Source: Dudresnaya verticillata
Lineage: Eukaryota
DNA: 64,000 bases
NCBI GenBank assembly: GCA_977862235.1
Contig: OZ374562.1
Span: forward strand, 1,240,001-1,304,000
Direction: 5' to 3'
Each line of letters begins with the position of its first letter. Position 1 is the stretch's first letter. A program made the position numbers and the translations under genes. Under the pieces are notes generated by a model. That model was not told the DNA's origin, made no database searches, and saw nothing but the letters and a program-made list of their open reading frames with translations. This document shows positions 1 to 13,254 of this stretch, in pieces.

Positions 1-2537
1 CGATAGAGGCATAGGCTGCATTCCAGCAGCTCCACGAGGGCATACTGGTGGATGAGTGTATCGTTAAGATATCGATCATGAAAGTTCTACGGCAGTCTCT
101 ATATCATACAAGTCGTACAGAGTCGGAACAGCCGAAAATATTGGAAATGCTGTACTTACATATGCAGGACATTTACAACACCTGAACACGCGACGGACAT
201 GAAGCTGCATAAATGCATGAGAACTAGGCTCTTTCATATTGTTTGGTCATTTGAATTGGACAAACGAACACACTTTATTATTGTCCAGAGATGATGGCAA
301 CAATGATACAATCGTCGAACTTACAGAATCTGCCATGATGCACAGCCACTAGCATTCAAATAGGATCCCTGTAGTACCTGTGCCTGGGATTTCTGCAGAA
401 ATTGTCTAGGGATCTCCATACCAACGCAATGGATGCATCGTTAAAAAGCATGAGGTCTCCCGACACCGTAATGTCACTCAGTGTAATTTTTTAATGGAAA
501 AGTATCTCATGGAATGGTATGCAAAGTCGATGTCGACAAGTGTAGACTGTTCTGCAACCGGTCGTAGTCATTTATTAAAGTGATTTTACGCCGCATGCTC
601 GAGCATGAACAGGGGGTCCCCATTGGATCCCCATAAATGCTGTGCCTGGTGTGCCAGCTGCCGTAACAAGAAAGGGCCTTGCTGGCCAGGATTTACAAGC
701 TGAGTCAGCAAGGCTCAAATGTTGTGCCTTCGTTCGTCGGCAACATCTAATGGTGTGCATGATGATCGTACAGCTCCTGATTCAAACCCTAGTATACTCG
801 TCAAGTGCCTCTCTCGAGGTTCAGCTGTGTTTACAAGCGTCTTTTCCGAACACCGCTTGCAATGTAGCACCTAATCGCCGCTGAACCGGGATGTGAGCGC
901 GAGAGAAGGGGGCTGATATACACTCGTCACATGCACGTTCCCGACCCGTGTTGTTCGGAACTCCTTAGCAACTCTCCTGTGACGAGTCTCGAACCTCGAG
1001 GAACTCGTGACTATTACATCAGCTGTGAGGGGCTCCACTCAGATCTTCAGAATAAAGGCACGCGTAAGGAAAGACACCACTCGCCGCTTTTTCGACAATG
1101 CCCGCGCGAACCATGTCAGGTGAAGGGCCCTGTCAAGACGCCACGCGACAACAGGCTAACGATGTGAGCATTCTGATACGGTCGCCTGTCTTAAGGGGAA
1201 TTTCCCTTCTACATAGGCTGAGGAATGTGAAGACTGCAGACGCATGCTTCTCTCCGTATCAAACACGACTCTCGTTTCGCCAAGCTTTGAGCTTGAGATC
1301 ATCAGGTCAGGTCACAGCCAGACTTGTCCATTCAGAGGGGAGTGGAGCGCAAAAAAGTAACATGTTGATCGGAAATACACACCACCTGCGCCCAAACACT
1401 GCTAGTGTACACAGCTAGAGCTTCAAACTAACTTATCAACTTGGATTTTCAACTTGGATTTGCAAGCTTGCGGAACCGAAGAGCGGGAAAAAAGGCTATT
1501 GAAACACCTCCTTTGGGATCCAACTTACACGTAGCTTTTCGACGTTCGATGCATTACACACGGAACTGCCAAACGCGCCGGGACTTGGACAGGGACCATG
1601 TGATCTGTCCGTGCGCGTGCCTTTTGCACTCCGCACTCCGGCATTGTCTCCAAGTACAGTAGATGACACCGACAGTGTGGTCTAAAAAGATTTTTCGTGG
1701 CTGGTTGGGTGGAGCAGCAAAGCAGCTTTGCTCGCTTGGTGGCGCAACATAGCTCATTGCTCGCTTGGTGGTGCAACAAAGCTGCTTTGCTGCTCCACCA
1801 AGCGAGGCACAAAACCCCAGGCCCAGATCACATTCTTAGCTTGTGGTACAGTATAGTACTTGCGGAGGACAGATAGTACTGCGCTATTGCCACGATCGGC
1901 AACAGTTACATGAGCTGCGTCCAGTAATGAAATCCAGTGACAACCTTTTCTGTCCTGCGTGCGGCGACATTACTTGGCAAGGCGTTGGTTTGCTCCTGGT
2001 GGTAGTGGTGAAGCTGAAGCTGGGGTACTGTTCGCTGCAAACATCTCTGCTATTTGTGCAATGTATGATTGCTCTCCAAGATTTGCTCCTGAACTGCTGC
2101 TTTGTAAACGATCATGTAATGTTGCACAAATGGTAGCATTTGGCTCTTGTGCACGAACTTGTGCACAAGTACGTACATGTTCCAAACCTTTTTGATGACA
2201 AGACCATGGAATGCGCCAAGTATTCAAATCCCCATGGCACAGAAGCAAATCGTGGCGCCTTGCACAATATGGCGATCTCGGCTCAGATTGATACCAGGCC
2301 GCGTTGATCCGGGGTCCAAATTATCGCCCACAGTTCTGGTGATTAAGATAGCAGTCTTTCCCCATGGAACGTTCGTCATCAAGCCACCAGATTCTGAGGG
2401 AGAGCGCCAGGGAAATGTTTGTATATCCCAAAAGTGATGAACCTTCACGGAACGCAGGACAACAGTCGGACTTCTATCACAGTATGTTTCCTAGCCAAGC
2501 TTCAAGCTCCAGCGTTTATAAATATGAACAGCCTCTC

Positions 2538-3740
2538 TCAATAAAATACGGCCTCTTCCAACCTCCCGGACTTCCGAGCTCTGTACCTCCCCAAAATAAT
2601 GCCGTCAACACTCACGCCCACTCGACTCTCTTTCAGCGACGACTGAAACACAGCTGCCTCGGAGATGTGCCCAAATCCATATTTCTCATCAATGAGCTTC
2701 AGCAGAGTTCGCTCGTCGTGCCCCACCCTTTTTCTTCCGCCACCTACATACAGGACCCAGGCAGTTACGAAGACAATTACGACAATGACATACCCCGAAC
2801 AAGCCACCCAAGTAATATGAATAACAGTAACGTTCCTCCTCCCAATCGGCACACGCACCATCTTCCTTAGCTCCACCCCATATGCAGCCCCGAAAATGGC
2901 CCGCTCGAAGTTCCATGTCAAAACCGGGTAGATGTCCGGCCACTCTCTGATGTATTTCCGACGTACATCCATTCTTCGACATGAGACTTCTTTGTTTAGA
3001 ACTCCTGGAACGACAGAGCGCACTGGGCACAACCATGACACACCATCTTGATAAATTACGCCCTTGCACCTCCCACCATCACCTCCTTCCTCGCGAAGCC
3101 CGGGGGCGTCAACTGATTCAAAAATGCCCAGACATGAGACGTCAGCCTCGCGACAGCGGAACACAGACGTGTGATGTTTGTGGTTCACGTGCACAGAACA
3201 CTGGGTCGCATTGGCACGGAAGCGCTCGTACTGAAGTGAGATGCTACGGATCTGCAGACCTGTGGCCAGCTCCGGATAACACACCCCATCCACGACAGAT
3301 CCGAAGATTATCTCGTCGCCGACGGACCTGGCGCACCGCATCCGGCGCTCTGTTGCATTGAACATTGTCGCAGCAGTAAGCTGGTGTTTCACGCCAGGCC
3401 CCCGCACAGCAACTTCATGGTAGCTGACACGGTCAACGGTGCGTCCTTCGAGACCCAGATTTGACGCGGTGACAGCGAGGAGGGCGGATGCGCGCAGGAA
3501 GATAAGGATTCGTCGAGCCCAAGCGTGGGACATGACGAGGCCACCGCCGACATGTGGGAAAGCGAAGACGCGTAGGTCAAGCACTCCACCCGAGGCAAGG
3601 CGGGCATGGTTGAGAGCGCCCGCGACGAGGCTGGAAAGATACATGACATAGGCCATGGCGGCGATTTCGAAGACGAGAAAGTTAAGGAGGACGACAAGTT
3701 CGGATGAGAGCTCAACTTGGAACTCTGCAGAGCGAATCAT
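2538..3740 (-). CDS. Uncharacterised membrane protein (2 N-terminal hydrophobic segments, Cys-rich loop, C-terminal TM helix), paralog 1
   Basis: Intronless 400-aa ATG ORF; collinear with 8274-9425 (shared EL..AMAY.M..S.LVAGA.NH, LDLRVF.FPH.GGGLVM, SN.GLEGRT, FNATERRMRCAR, FGAAYGVE.R, GGGRKRV.HDE). Confidence 0.85.
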   Translation of the reverse strand: MIRSAEFQVELSSELVVLLNFLVFEIAAMAYVMYLSSLVAGALNHARLASGGVLDLRVFAFPHVGGGLVMSHAWARRILIFLRASALLAVTASNLGLEGRTVDRVSYHEVAVRGPGVKHQLTAATMFNATERRMRCARSVGDEIIFGSVVDGVCYPELATGLQIRSISLQYERFRANATQCSVHVNHKHHTSVFRCREADVSCLGIFESVDAPGLREEGGDGGRCKGVIYQDGVSWLCPVRSVVPGVLNKEVSCRRMDVRRKYIREWPDIYPVLTWNFERAIFGAAYGVELRKMVRVPIGRRNVTVIHITWVACSGYVIVVIVFVTAWVLYVGGGRKRVGHDERTLLKLIDEKYGFGHISEAAVFQSSLKESRVGVSVDGIILGRYRARKSGRLEEAVFY

Positions 3741-3905
3741 GGCGCGCGCTCCTAGGTCGGTGGCGGCGAGGGCAGGGCGTAGCGGGTCATCCCGGGCGGG
3801 GGTGGGCCGAGTGAGAGTTTCGGATCGTTTCCGCGCTCGGCGGACAGCAACAGTCTCTGTAGGGGGCGGGCTTGGTAGGGCTGCAAGTATGGAGTCTCGA
3901 GATAA

Positions 3906-3906
<1 letters not shown>

Positions 3907-3976
<70 letters not shown>
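3907..3976. repeat. (TG)35 microsatellite
   Basis: Perfect dinucleotide run ~170 bp upstream of the paralog-1 start codon. Confidence 0.98.
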
Positions 3977-3977
<1 letters not shown>

Positions 3978-6900
3978 AAGGAGTGCAGGCTGCAGGGGGC
4001 GGAGAAGGGTACCGGTAACCGCGGAAGATGAACAAACTGTGCGGCAACGGACAGGACTGTGAAGTTATGTACGGTACAATTATGTACGGCACAGTTGGGT
4101 GGGCAGGTACGATATACACACGCACCGAGCAAGCGGAAAGCGGGGAGCGAGGAACGGGGGAGATGTGGGACAGTGAAATCTCCGGAGCGGCACAATCGGT
4201 GAACGGTGAACCGTTTCAGCAGTGCACGACTGGGAGGGCACCCGACGGATGGGGCGATCCTGTCAGTGCCAGGCTGGCAGTGGCGTTGGGGTGAAGTCGG
4301 GACTGCGCGGTTCTGTTCGGCACGTTGCGAAGTGAACTATCCCTCCGAGCGTATGTACAGTACAGCGACAGCGCCTGACCATCCCATGTGTTGGTGTGAA
4401 CGAGGGGGCGGCAGCAGCGGCGGAGGAGGTGACCACCACCGGTGCTGGAGAACAAATAGCTCAGGGGCGATGAGTGCAGCACACAGCTTGCGGGGCGTTA
4501 CACACGCAGTTCGGTGACCAGGGGTGCGTACCTTGCCCGGTGCGGCGCAGAAAAGGGCTGTTGTTACCCAACGCCCCCGGGCAGGCGGGGTCTACGCCGC
4601 CTGCCGTAGAGATTTCTCGATATGGCCCGATGAACGCAGCTGTGGCGCGGCCAGAAGTGGCACAGTCCGACAGCCCACGACCGACTGCTGACACATATTT
4701 CTTCCGTTTTGCCGGCACCGGTGGCGCGAGGCGACCTCAACAAGCCGTCTGTCTGTCTGTTTTGGCGCGCGGGAGGGCGCGGGCGGCGTTAACATTAGAT
4801 CAGAGTGCGGACGGCGTGGGTTTGCGCCGGCCGCACCGGCGGCGGGTTGCGGCGCTGCGGTCGACAGAGAGACACGCACCGGCGAAGAACGTTTTCCGAC
4901 TTGCGAGCGACACCGAGGGCTGGCGCTGGCGCGCTGCTGGCGATTTACGAAGACAAACGGCAGCGGCGGCGTGACACGTAACAACGTCGCGTACCACGCG
5001 CAAATTCCGGGATCACTTTGATCTCGAGTGTGGCCGACCAATGGCAGCCCGCAACGCACAACCGGCACGAGCTTTTACTCGTGGGCCAAGTGCTTTTCGG
5101 CGCGTCCGTCCTCGCCAGACAACATTTTGACAGACATCGCCCGCCATCAACACCGCCATCTCCCCGTTCCACTACTTCGCGACACAAATTTAGATTAGAT
5201 TGTGCTGCATACGGCTTGTCTGCTGCTGCACTTCCGGCGGTCGCGCGAGTCCCGGCCACGGCCCCAGAGTGTCTGATCGGCCGCGGTGCGGACCACCACC
5301 TCCGGATCGGCACATGTGGTCATTTCGGAACCCCTCCATCCTGACACGATCCGGGCTCAAACACACCAGCGAACACCCGCTCAAAGAGCCCTCACTCATC
5401 ACACAACACACAGGCCTCAATGCGCCCTACCCTGTTTCGCGCTACCCCCCTCCTTGGCTAACCCTGGCGCTCCTCAACTGCACAAGACAAGGGCAACACC
5501 TCAACCTGCGACGCCGGACACTACCCCGCCACACCCACACCCTCGCTCGCCACCGAAAGGCAGCCCATTTTCGCTGTGCTAAAATCTGTGATACCGTACC
5601 AGTGTCACCCAGCCCCTGAAGGAAGACGCCAAATCCCGCTCCTTACAACTGAGTAGTCCAGTACTCACACACACACACTCACCCGCCATAGAAGGCTGCA
5701 CCTACGCACATAGACGCAGCCCGAAGCCAGTGGCGACTCGCCACGCACGACGTTTGAAAAACGCTTTTGCGCCTTCCATATCAGCCTGCCCCATCCATAC
5801 CATCAAAGCACTCGCACAGCAAAATGATTGCCGCTTTCCTCCCGGATTCCCGCTCCACTGCCACTGATTTTTACACTCTTCCTCAGCAATGCATTTGAAA
5901 AATGCATCACACACACAGGCCAGTCAGAAAGTCCAGACGATGGTTGCTTAGAACTGCGCACGGCTATTCCTCCAACTGTCTTGGCGGACAGCCTTGTTAA
6001 GGCTGTCCGCCAAGACAGTCTTAACATCGAAACAGGTTACCAGTCTACTTCAGAAATATACGTCTTTATGTCAGTGTGAAGCATAGCTCGCGGTTGAGGG
6101 AATCCTCCACATCTATAACTCAACTCTCTCGTCGCGTTCTAGTAGAGCGGCAGGCGGATAATTACTGTATTAGAAGTCTACACCATAGGAGGTCTACAGG
6201 ACGGCGCTACGACACTACTGTACAAGCATTATTATTTGTGACTGAGCAGCGTGCCAACTGCTGCTCTGCTACTGCTACTGTACCAGCTTGCAGGCTGCTT
6301 CCCAGATTCTGCAGTGTCGATGCAAACTGATTATGACAGCTGGTGCGGCATGTCTTATTGATTTCCCAAGGTTAGGGATATGTAGGCAAAAGGGGAACGT
6401 CACCGCACAGCCGTGGGTTGCACAACAGACTTGCCCCGAACCTAAATGGCTAATATAACATGCTTCGGAAAATTCACGTCGTCATTATTGTGAATTGTGG
6501 TGAGAAGATGTTTTCCCAGTCCGATGGCACAACCCAGTGTTGCGTTTGGTTTCCTTTTAAAGCCTTTCTCGATGGCTTCAGTGCTTTTAAAAGAGTGCTT
6601 CAAAGCAACTAAGCCGTATACAGAGAAAGGCTGATGCCGTGTGCAACCGACACCAGGCGTCTAATGTTCTAACACTTCGCAACAGTGCTGTCGGGCAATT
6701 AATTGCAATATCAATATATTGCAATGTACAGTGAGCAATAGCACATTGAGTTTCTGAATGCAAATTGCAATTCTTGTTGTAATGACATTGTATATTGCAA
6801 TACCTGTTGGGTTGAGTAGTAATATTGGAAGCACTATTGTTAAAAAAGTGCTAAGTGCAGTATGCGATAAGCATATGTACGGTTTTGTGGGCGAGCGGCA

Positions 6901-8273
6901 TCTGTAGTGTTGGATCCCGAGAATACCGCGTTTTCTTGCCCCCAGGCCGTAAATTACATTGCTGTCAAGAAAGGGACGAAGTCCCTGGTCCCTCCCCCCT
7001 CGCTGAGAAGCTTGCTTTATTAACGTCCCTTACTAAGCCTGTTCTTCAATGTGCTGCAGTTAGCGTGAATCACCGGACCTATCCCCTCCTGCTGTAGAGA
7101 AAATTTGTCATTCCAGTCCTCTTGAGGTTGTTCTATGAAAGACTAGCGGACCAGCAGTGCACCATCAAGCAGTGGTTTACTATTTACACTCCTATTATGC
7201 GACTTCAGCACTCCTTAACACATGGCCAATACTGTGTGTGCGCCGACTGCGCAGGCTGTACATAGTATCTACGTTACCTCGGCAAAGATGACTCGCAACT
7301 TGTTCGTTATTTTTCATCCCCGTTCTTCCCAGCTTTAGACCTCCGCGTCAACACAAAATATCAAATAAAGCGACTATGGGAGCTATCGTGAAATACATGT
7401 CTCAAAGGGACTTGTCTGTCATAGGCCTCAGTTTCCCACGTCAGTCTCCTCTTTTCTACGGCATTGTATTCTGAGTGCCATTCCTATGAGACAGTTCCTC
7501 ACGACAGTTCTTTCCAACTCTGCAACTGAAATGAACCCCCCAAGGGCACACATGAGCAGTACCTGCGTCGTGAAAATCAGGCAGCGAAGTGCCCTTTGAA
7601 AGCATCTGCAACCGAGCTAATAACCCAGGCATTTCCTATTTGCACCCAAAAGCCTCTGTGCCTGACAGCCGGTGTTGCTATGTACATAATTGCTGTCGTC
7701 CTCAACGGCCCGGCGGACTTTTTTTGCTTTAGATTCTGAAAACCCAAATGCAGTAATCAAGTTACGTGCTTGGGGGTCTGTCAGCAAATTCTGCTATGCA
7801 ACGCTTGGCGATTGCGCAGCTAATGAACAATCCTACGGGCATCGCAATCCACTACGCTACAGTATAAGCAGGATACATGTAGTAGGATAGCTTAAATCAA
7901 TAGCAGGCAATACAATACGAAAGTTTTAGAAACGTAGCTATTTTCACTTGCTTATTGCGAATCGTAGAAGATAAACACCGAAACAGGACTCGCAACCATT
8001 GCAACTTAGATAAACTCCTACCTACGAGTACATACCCATCCAGTACAACAGCGTATGCCAAAGGCGCGATGATAAGCAGTACTTCAAGCATAATAGAACC
8101 CGTTCTTCAAGCGAGAATATTCGGGCTCGCGGTGTCAAAATGGTTTCGCAGCTTGCGTTGTCATAGTCAGAATAGTTGCCTTCGCCTCAAGGTATGGCGG
8201 CAACATGCTTTCGTCAATTGTACAGTTATGGCACAACAGTACTGTAGCTCCTGGCATGCCATTAGATGGTTCA

Positions 8274-9425
8274 TCACCAGATCTCAACTTTCGACAACTG
8301 GTCATCAACGACCACCATGTCGGCATGTTCAGACTTCAAGGCCTCCTGAAAGACAGCAGCTTCCGAGGCATCGCCGAAACCCCAGCCCTCACTAATAAGT
8401 CGAACGAGGGCCTTCTCATCATGCGCGACTCTCTTCCGACCACCGCCGATCGAGATCGTCCAGATGGTGACCACAACAATAAGGAAAAGTAAGTATCCTA
8501 CAGAAGCAACCCAAACTATGGTTACAACGGTGATGTTCCGCTCACCAGCTGGCACGGCCACCATTGTCCGACGCTCGACCCCGTACGCGGCTCCGAAAAC
8601 AGCCGTCTCAAGGTCCATGGTGCGATACATGTAGATCTCGGGCCAAACTTTGATATCGGCCCTCCGCACCTCCATTCGACGACACTCCACCTCATTCGTC
8701 TTAACACCAGGAACAGCAGAGTGGAACGGACAAAGCCACGACGCGCCGCCATGGTACGCAACGCTGTGACAACGTCCGGGCTGGCTTAACTCTGGAGCGG
8801 AGACGTCCTCAAACTCTCCAAGACAGGTAATGTCCACGTGGCGGCAACGGAAGATCGTGAAGTGCAGCTGACTCTCAACCTGCACGGCGCACTGTGTGGC
8901 ATCCAGACGGAAGCGCTCAAACTGCAACCCGATGGTCTTTATGACAACCGCAGTGGACAAGCTTTGGTAGCAGACGCCGTCGATGACCGCGCCAAAGTGA
9001 AGCTCCGAGCCTATGGCTCGAGCGCATCGCATACGGCGTTCAGTGGCGTTGAAGAGTGAAGCAGTTGAGAGCGTTTGCAAACGGCCTGGACCGCGCAGCG
9101 CAGCCTGTTGCTTATGGGTTACCTGGGTGGTACGGCCCTCGAGGCCGAAGTTTGACGCGGCGACAGCCAGCAGAGCAGAGAGGCGGAGCACAATGAGGAT
9201 GTAGCGTGTAGCGGAACGCGGCATGACCAAGCCACCGCCGATGTGCGGGAAGTCGAAGACACGCAGATCAAGCTCGGAGCCGTCAGCGACTCTGGTGTGG
9301 TTGACGGCACCTGCGACCAAACCCGAGAAGTGCATAATATAGGCCATTGCGAGGAGCTCACATAGGACGAAGTTTGCTACGCCAGTGAGCTCCGAGGAGA
9401 GCGGCAATGAAAACTCGGAGAACAT
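8274..9425 (-). CDS. Uncharacterised membrane protein, paralog 2 (383 aa)
   Basis: Homology to paralog 1 begins at MFSEFSLPLSSEL (ATG at 9425), so the longer ORF-finder start at 9584 is probably not used; 8 loop cysteines are conserved. Confidence 0.85.
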   Translation of the reverse strand: MFSEFSLPLSSELTGVANFVLCELLAMAYIMHFSGLVAGAVNHTRVADGSELDLRVFDFPHIGGGLVMPRSATRYILIVLRLSALLAVAASNFGLEGRTTQVTHKQQAALRGPGRLQTLSTASLFNATERRMRCARAIGSELHFGAVIDGVCYQSLSTAVVIKTIGLQFERFRLDATQCAVQVESQLHFTIFRCRHVDITCLGEFEDVSAPELSQPGRCHSVAYHGGASWLCPFHSAVPGVKTNEVECRRMEVRRADIKVWPEIYMYRTMDLETAVFGAAYGVERRTMVAVPAGERNITVVTIVWVASVGYLLFLIVVVTIWTISIGGGRKRVAHDEKALVRLISEGWGFGDASEAAVFQEALKSEHADMVVVDDQLSKVEIW

Positions 9426-11750
9426 CGGTGAGCGCTGCTCGTAGCCGGCTAGGTCGCGCTTGGGTGGCTGTTGGGGAGGCGTTTCATTCCGGTGGTAGAT
9501 CAGTGCCGGGCGGGCGGGTGCGGCTCGGGTGGGATGCGGTTGTCGGTTATGCAAAAGAATCAACTGTGGTGATGTTTCCCGCAAGGTAAACGCAGCAAGT
9601 TGACGAGGGTGCAGCGAATCGCAGGAAGACGAGACAGAGCGGTTGTGGAGGTGAGTACCGACAGGGGGATGCGAGTCGAATCGGGCCTGGTGCGTGCGGG
9701 AGGGAGAGAGTGCACTGCCCTTGTCGGCGATGGGGGCAAAGATCGAAACAGCAGATTTCGAAATCGCGCGAGGGAGGAAGGCAAGTCGCGTTCGAGCAAA
9801 AGCTTGAGCAAGTCCGACTAGGGCAAATGCCTCGTTACCAAGTACCGAGCGAGGTTGTAGTAGGAATCTTCACCCTTGGGCAGGCGAGGGTTTGTGGGGC
9901 AGCGGGCGTGTGTAAGGTCGTCAAAGGTGCGTGTGATATGCGGACATACGCGAGAGCTGGTGCATGCTCCGTTGCAGCAGGCAGAGGCAGCCAGGCCGTG
10001 AGGGGAATTCGGTGAGAACGGGTTACTTCAGGGACAAAAGGATGGGACGGACGCGGGGCGTTCTGATGCGTGAATGCGCGACGGGCAGACTGTCGGCGGG
10101 GCGAAGGGTGGCGGCGCGGGATCGAATCAGGGATGGGGTTCGGAAGCTGGATTGCGCGCAAAGGGGTTACGTAAGTCGCCACTCGAGAGGGAGGCGGCGT
10201 GAGGAGTGGGGGCGAGTGTCCGAGGGCACAGGACGTCGCTGGTCAGGGCGTGAGGGCTTGAGTGTTGGGGCTCCATGCGTGCGCGGTGGGCGCCCCTCGA
10301 GGTGGAATGGAATGAATTCGTTGGCAGCGGGCTGTCTACCGCCGGTTACGTGGCCGTCGAGGTGCAGACGGTGTCGCCGACGAATGGCGTGGTGCGGAAT
10401 CTGCGTCGCTGAGTTTGCGGTGCGCAGAGCTTTTTTGGCACGTTGAGTTTAGAGACGCGCGCCAAAATCCCGGCATTGTTCGTGTGAGCGGAACTGACCG
10501 GGGCGGAAGGCTTGCGTCCGCAGAACGGCGTTTTTGCCCACACCACATCGTGGCGACCCTCGGAGAACACCTTCTGAGTAGCAGACGAGCACGCCTCAGC
10601 AGACTTTGTCGCACTGGAAGACTATGATACGGCACCACCACCGCCGTCTGTGTCCCCACATATACACACTAGTCGAGTGACTACAGCATTACTGTATCTC
10701 ACACGCCTGATCCCTTATCTCACCATGAGCTAGGGCGGGCATTGCACCCCAAGCCCTTTCTCTCGTGCCCAGAGGCCTGCTTGCCCCAGTCACGACCGCA
10801 TGTCCGCCTGTTACATCAGCTGTACTTGGAAGCTGCTTGTCAGCATCACCATTTCCCCAGCACATCCTCAATACTGTATGTCTCTGCCCTGCCCCTTGGC
10901 GACGAGCGCAACTAGTGACACAGTGAGATTTAGTCCAGACTGGAAACAGTCTTCGGTACAGGCTACAACAGCGATGTAACACCCGCTGCTGCGAGAAACC
11001 GGAACAAATGCAGCGCCATCGGAATGCTGCGCACGCCATTGGTGGTCTCAAAGTTTGCAGTTGGAGCCTGGAGCCCTTCGCTTTCCAGCCCAGCTCAGGC
11101 TAGCAGATTCTGCGCTCCAGCGCGAATCTCGCTACACTTGTCGACGCATGCAAGCAAGCAGTTCCGTGAGCCCTAAGGGCGAAAGCGTCATAAGCGACGC
11201 ACCGCAATCTGCGCTTTCCCTCCGTGAGCTTGAGTGCTAATCCCACGTTGACCTTGCAACTAAGATAGTTGGTGCTGAGAAAACAAGCTCGAGACGAGAC
11301 TAGTTGACACACATTTGCCATCGCGACGCGCTCTTGTTTTCTAGCTTCAGCTCGGGTGTTAGTCCGGCGAAATTTTCGACATGTACGGTACAATACGGTA
11401 CACTTCCGCAAGCAAGATTTATTCGCATAAATTGCTCCTGTTCTCTACCGTCCCGTTAGTCCAGTCCTTCCAGTAGTCATCAGCGGCTAAGTCATTAGGG
11501 TTTCCGCTGTTCGTCTTGCTTCAATAAAGTTGTGATCATGATGATGTTCTCTACCTGAATGTTGAAGCTAGAGAACATGTTTGTTAAAGTGAGATTTTCG
11601 ACGTGTATCCTTGTATGGGCAATATTTATTATTACACATTCATGTTTTTTCAGACCCCGAGTATCCCACGTACACCAGCACATACAACAACGACACCGTT
11701 GACAGCGTATACCCACGTACAATAGCACTGACAACAATGACAACGTTCTC

Positions 11751-11957
11751 TGAAATGGCGCAGGAGAGGGTCATAAAAATAGGGTTGAATTTTGACTTAC
11801 TGGTTTGGCTGGTAGGGCTTGCTCGAGGCTCTTATTTAGGCGCTCGGCGGGGTCTGGAGGTTGAGGCGTCCGGGGTTAAGCGGATTGTTTGTGCCCTTGA
11901 GGTTTGTGCCTCTCTCCTCCCGGTAGCTCTTTGCAGCTGGCTTTTATAGAGAAGAAT
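11751..11957 (-). repeat. Gypsy A 3' LTR, first fragment
   Basis: TGAAATGGC... matches 34232-34438; interrupted by the Harbinger TIR at 11958. Confidence 0.93.
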
Positions 11958-12113
11958 AGAGAGATTACGGAACCGTGCAGAAACTAGATGAGCAAGTAAA
12001 ATGAGTCAGAAATATGGAGGTGTAGCCCAGCCACATCTTGATCACATGTTCAATTACAGTTTGCGAGTTCATTCACAATTGTGAGTACTAGCAGGCTCTC
12101 TCCTCCTACTCAC

Positions 12114-13009
12114 TGTGGTGCAAAGCGCCCAGTGACGATAGACCGCCGAGCAGTTCGGGGCTCGGTGGGTAGCTGCGCCCTCGACGGTAGGTAATCCTGC
12201 CGTGGGCGACTTGGTGGTAGAGCAAAAGGGGCACGCCTTGGGCGGACTGTAAACGCCCGAGGCGGAAAGAGAGGGAAAAGGAAGAGAAAGGGAACACGTT
12301 AAGGATGATGGTAGACGTGGAAGCACGGGAGGTAGACGCTTAGCCGTAGGCAGCGGTAGGATACGCGCGTGCGGAACGGGGAAGTCTGGACCAAGGCCGG
12401 CTTGCCCGGGCGTTTACTGTGACGTCTGGGACGGCTTACCTAAGTATAGTACGGCGGCGCGGCGGCGTGCGTGTAGCGTGGGAACTCGGGACACGTGTCG
12501 TCCCGAGGCGCGTCTGACAGATCACGTGTCGCATGCAGCCGCGCGTCTGATAGATCGCCGTACAATCCCCTATGTGGGTGCTTACACGTACACGTGGACG
12601 CGTGTGTCTTACAGCCGCGCGTGCGCGCGCACTGTAGAGCGTGTGCCTTAGATCTAATCTGGTACTTGTCCGATCCTGATCCCATCCGGATCGGGCCAGC
12701 AATGCTGATACCAGCAGCCTTACAGGCGCATACCTTACAGCTTAGGCGATCCAGATAGCCAATCTGGATGCCGGATCCGGATCGCATCCGGATCCGCGCT
12801 ACAGTGCCCTGGGGCGCCAAGTCGGCCCAGCACTGTACGGTACCCGCGTGGCGCGCGGCGCTCAGTGCGCGCGCGCGCCTCAGCAAGCCGTCGATGACGT
12901 GTTCGCGCGCCAACGGCGGTGGTGAGCGCCGGTGGCGGTTTCTCCGTCGGTCGACGTATTTAGTCCGACCGCTTTCAGCGAAAAAGGGCTCACCTCCCCT
13001 TGCACCACA
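12114..13009 (-). repeat. Gypsy B 3' LTR
   Basis: Direct repeat of 24528-25423; preceded on the minus strand by the polypurine tract GGAGGGGGGTCG (13010-13021). Confidence 0.97.
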
Positions 13010-13254
13010 CGACCCCCCTCCAAAACACGAACACGGCCCGACCCTCAACCTGCTGCCGTGCGTTCTGCCGTTGCGTCCCTGCCGACTTCCGCGCCTTGCG
13101 AGCGAGTCCCCGCGCCTTCGCGTATTGCATTGGTGCGCCGCGTGCGACTGCGACCTCGGCTGTGCCGTAAGAACTCCGCTCTTGTTGCGTTTGCGTACTC
13201 GTGCGGCTGCGTACGCTGCCCCGACATCGCCGCCTGTGGCGCATAACGAGCTCC

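Noticed and set aside
3655..4195. ORFs with poly-CV and poly-HT runs
   Set aside because: Translations of the (TG)35 microsatellite.
4200..6330. Many overlapping 60-170-aa ORFs between the paralogs
   Set aside because: GC-rich, no recognisable motifs and no dominant frame; a spliced or decayed gene cannot be excluded but is unsupported.
9426..9584. 53-aa N-terminal extension of paralog 2
   Set aside because: Non-ATG start and no counterpart in paralog 1.
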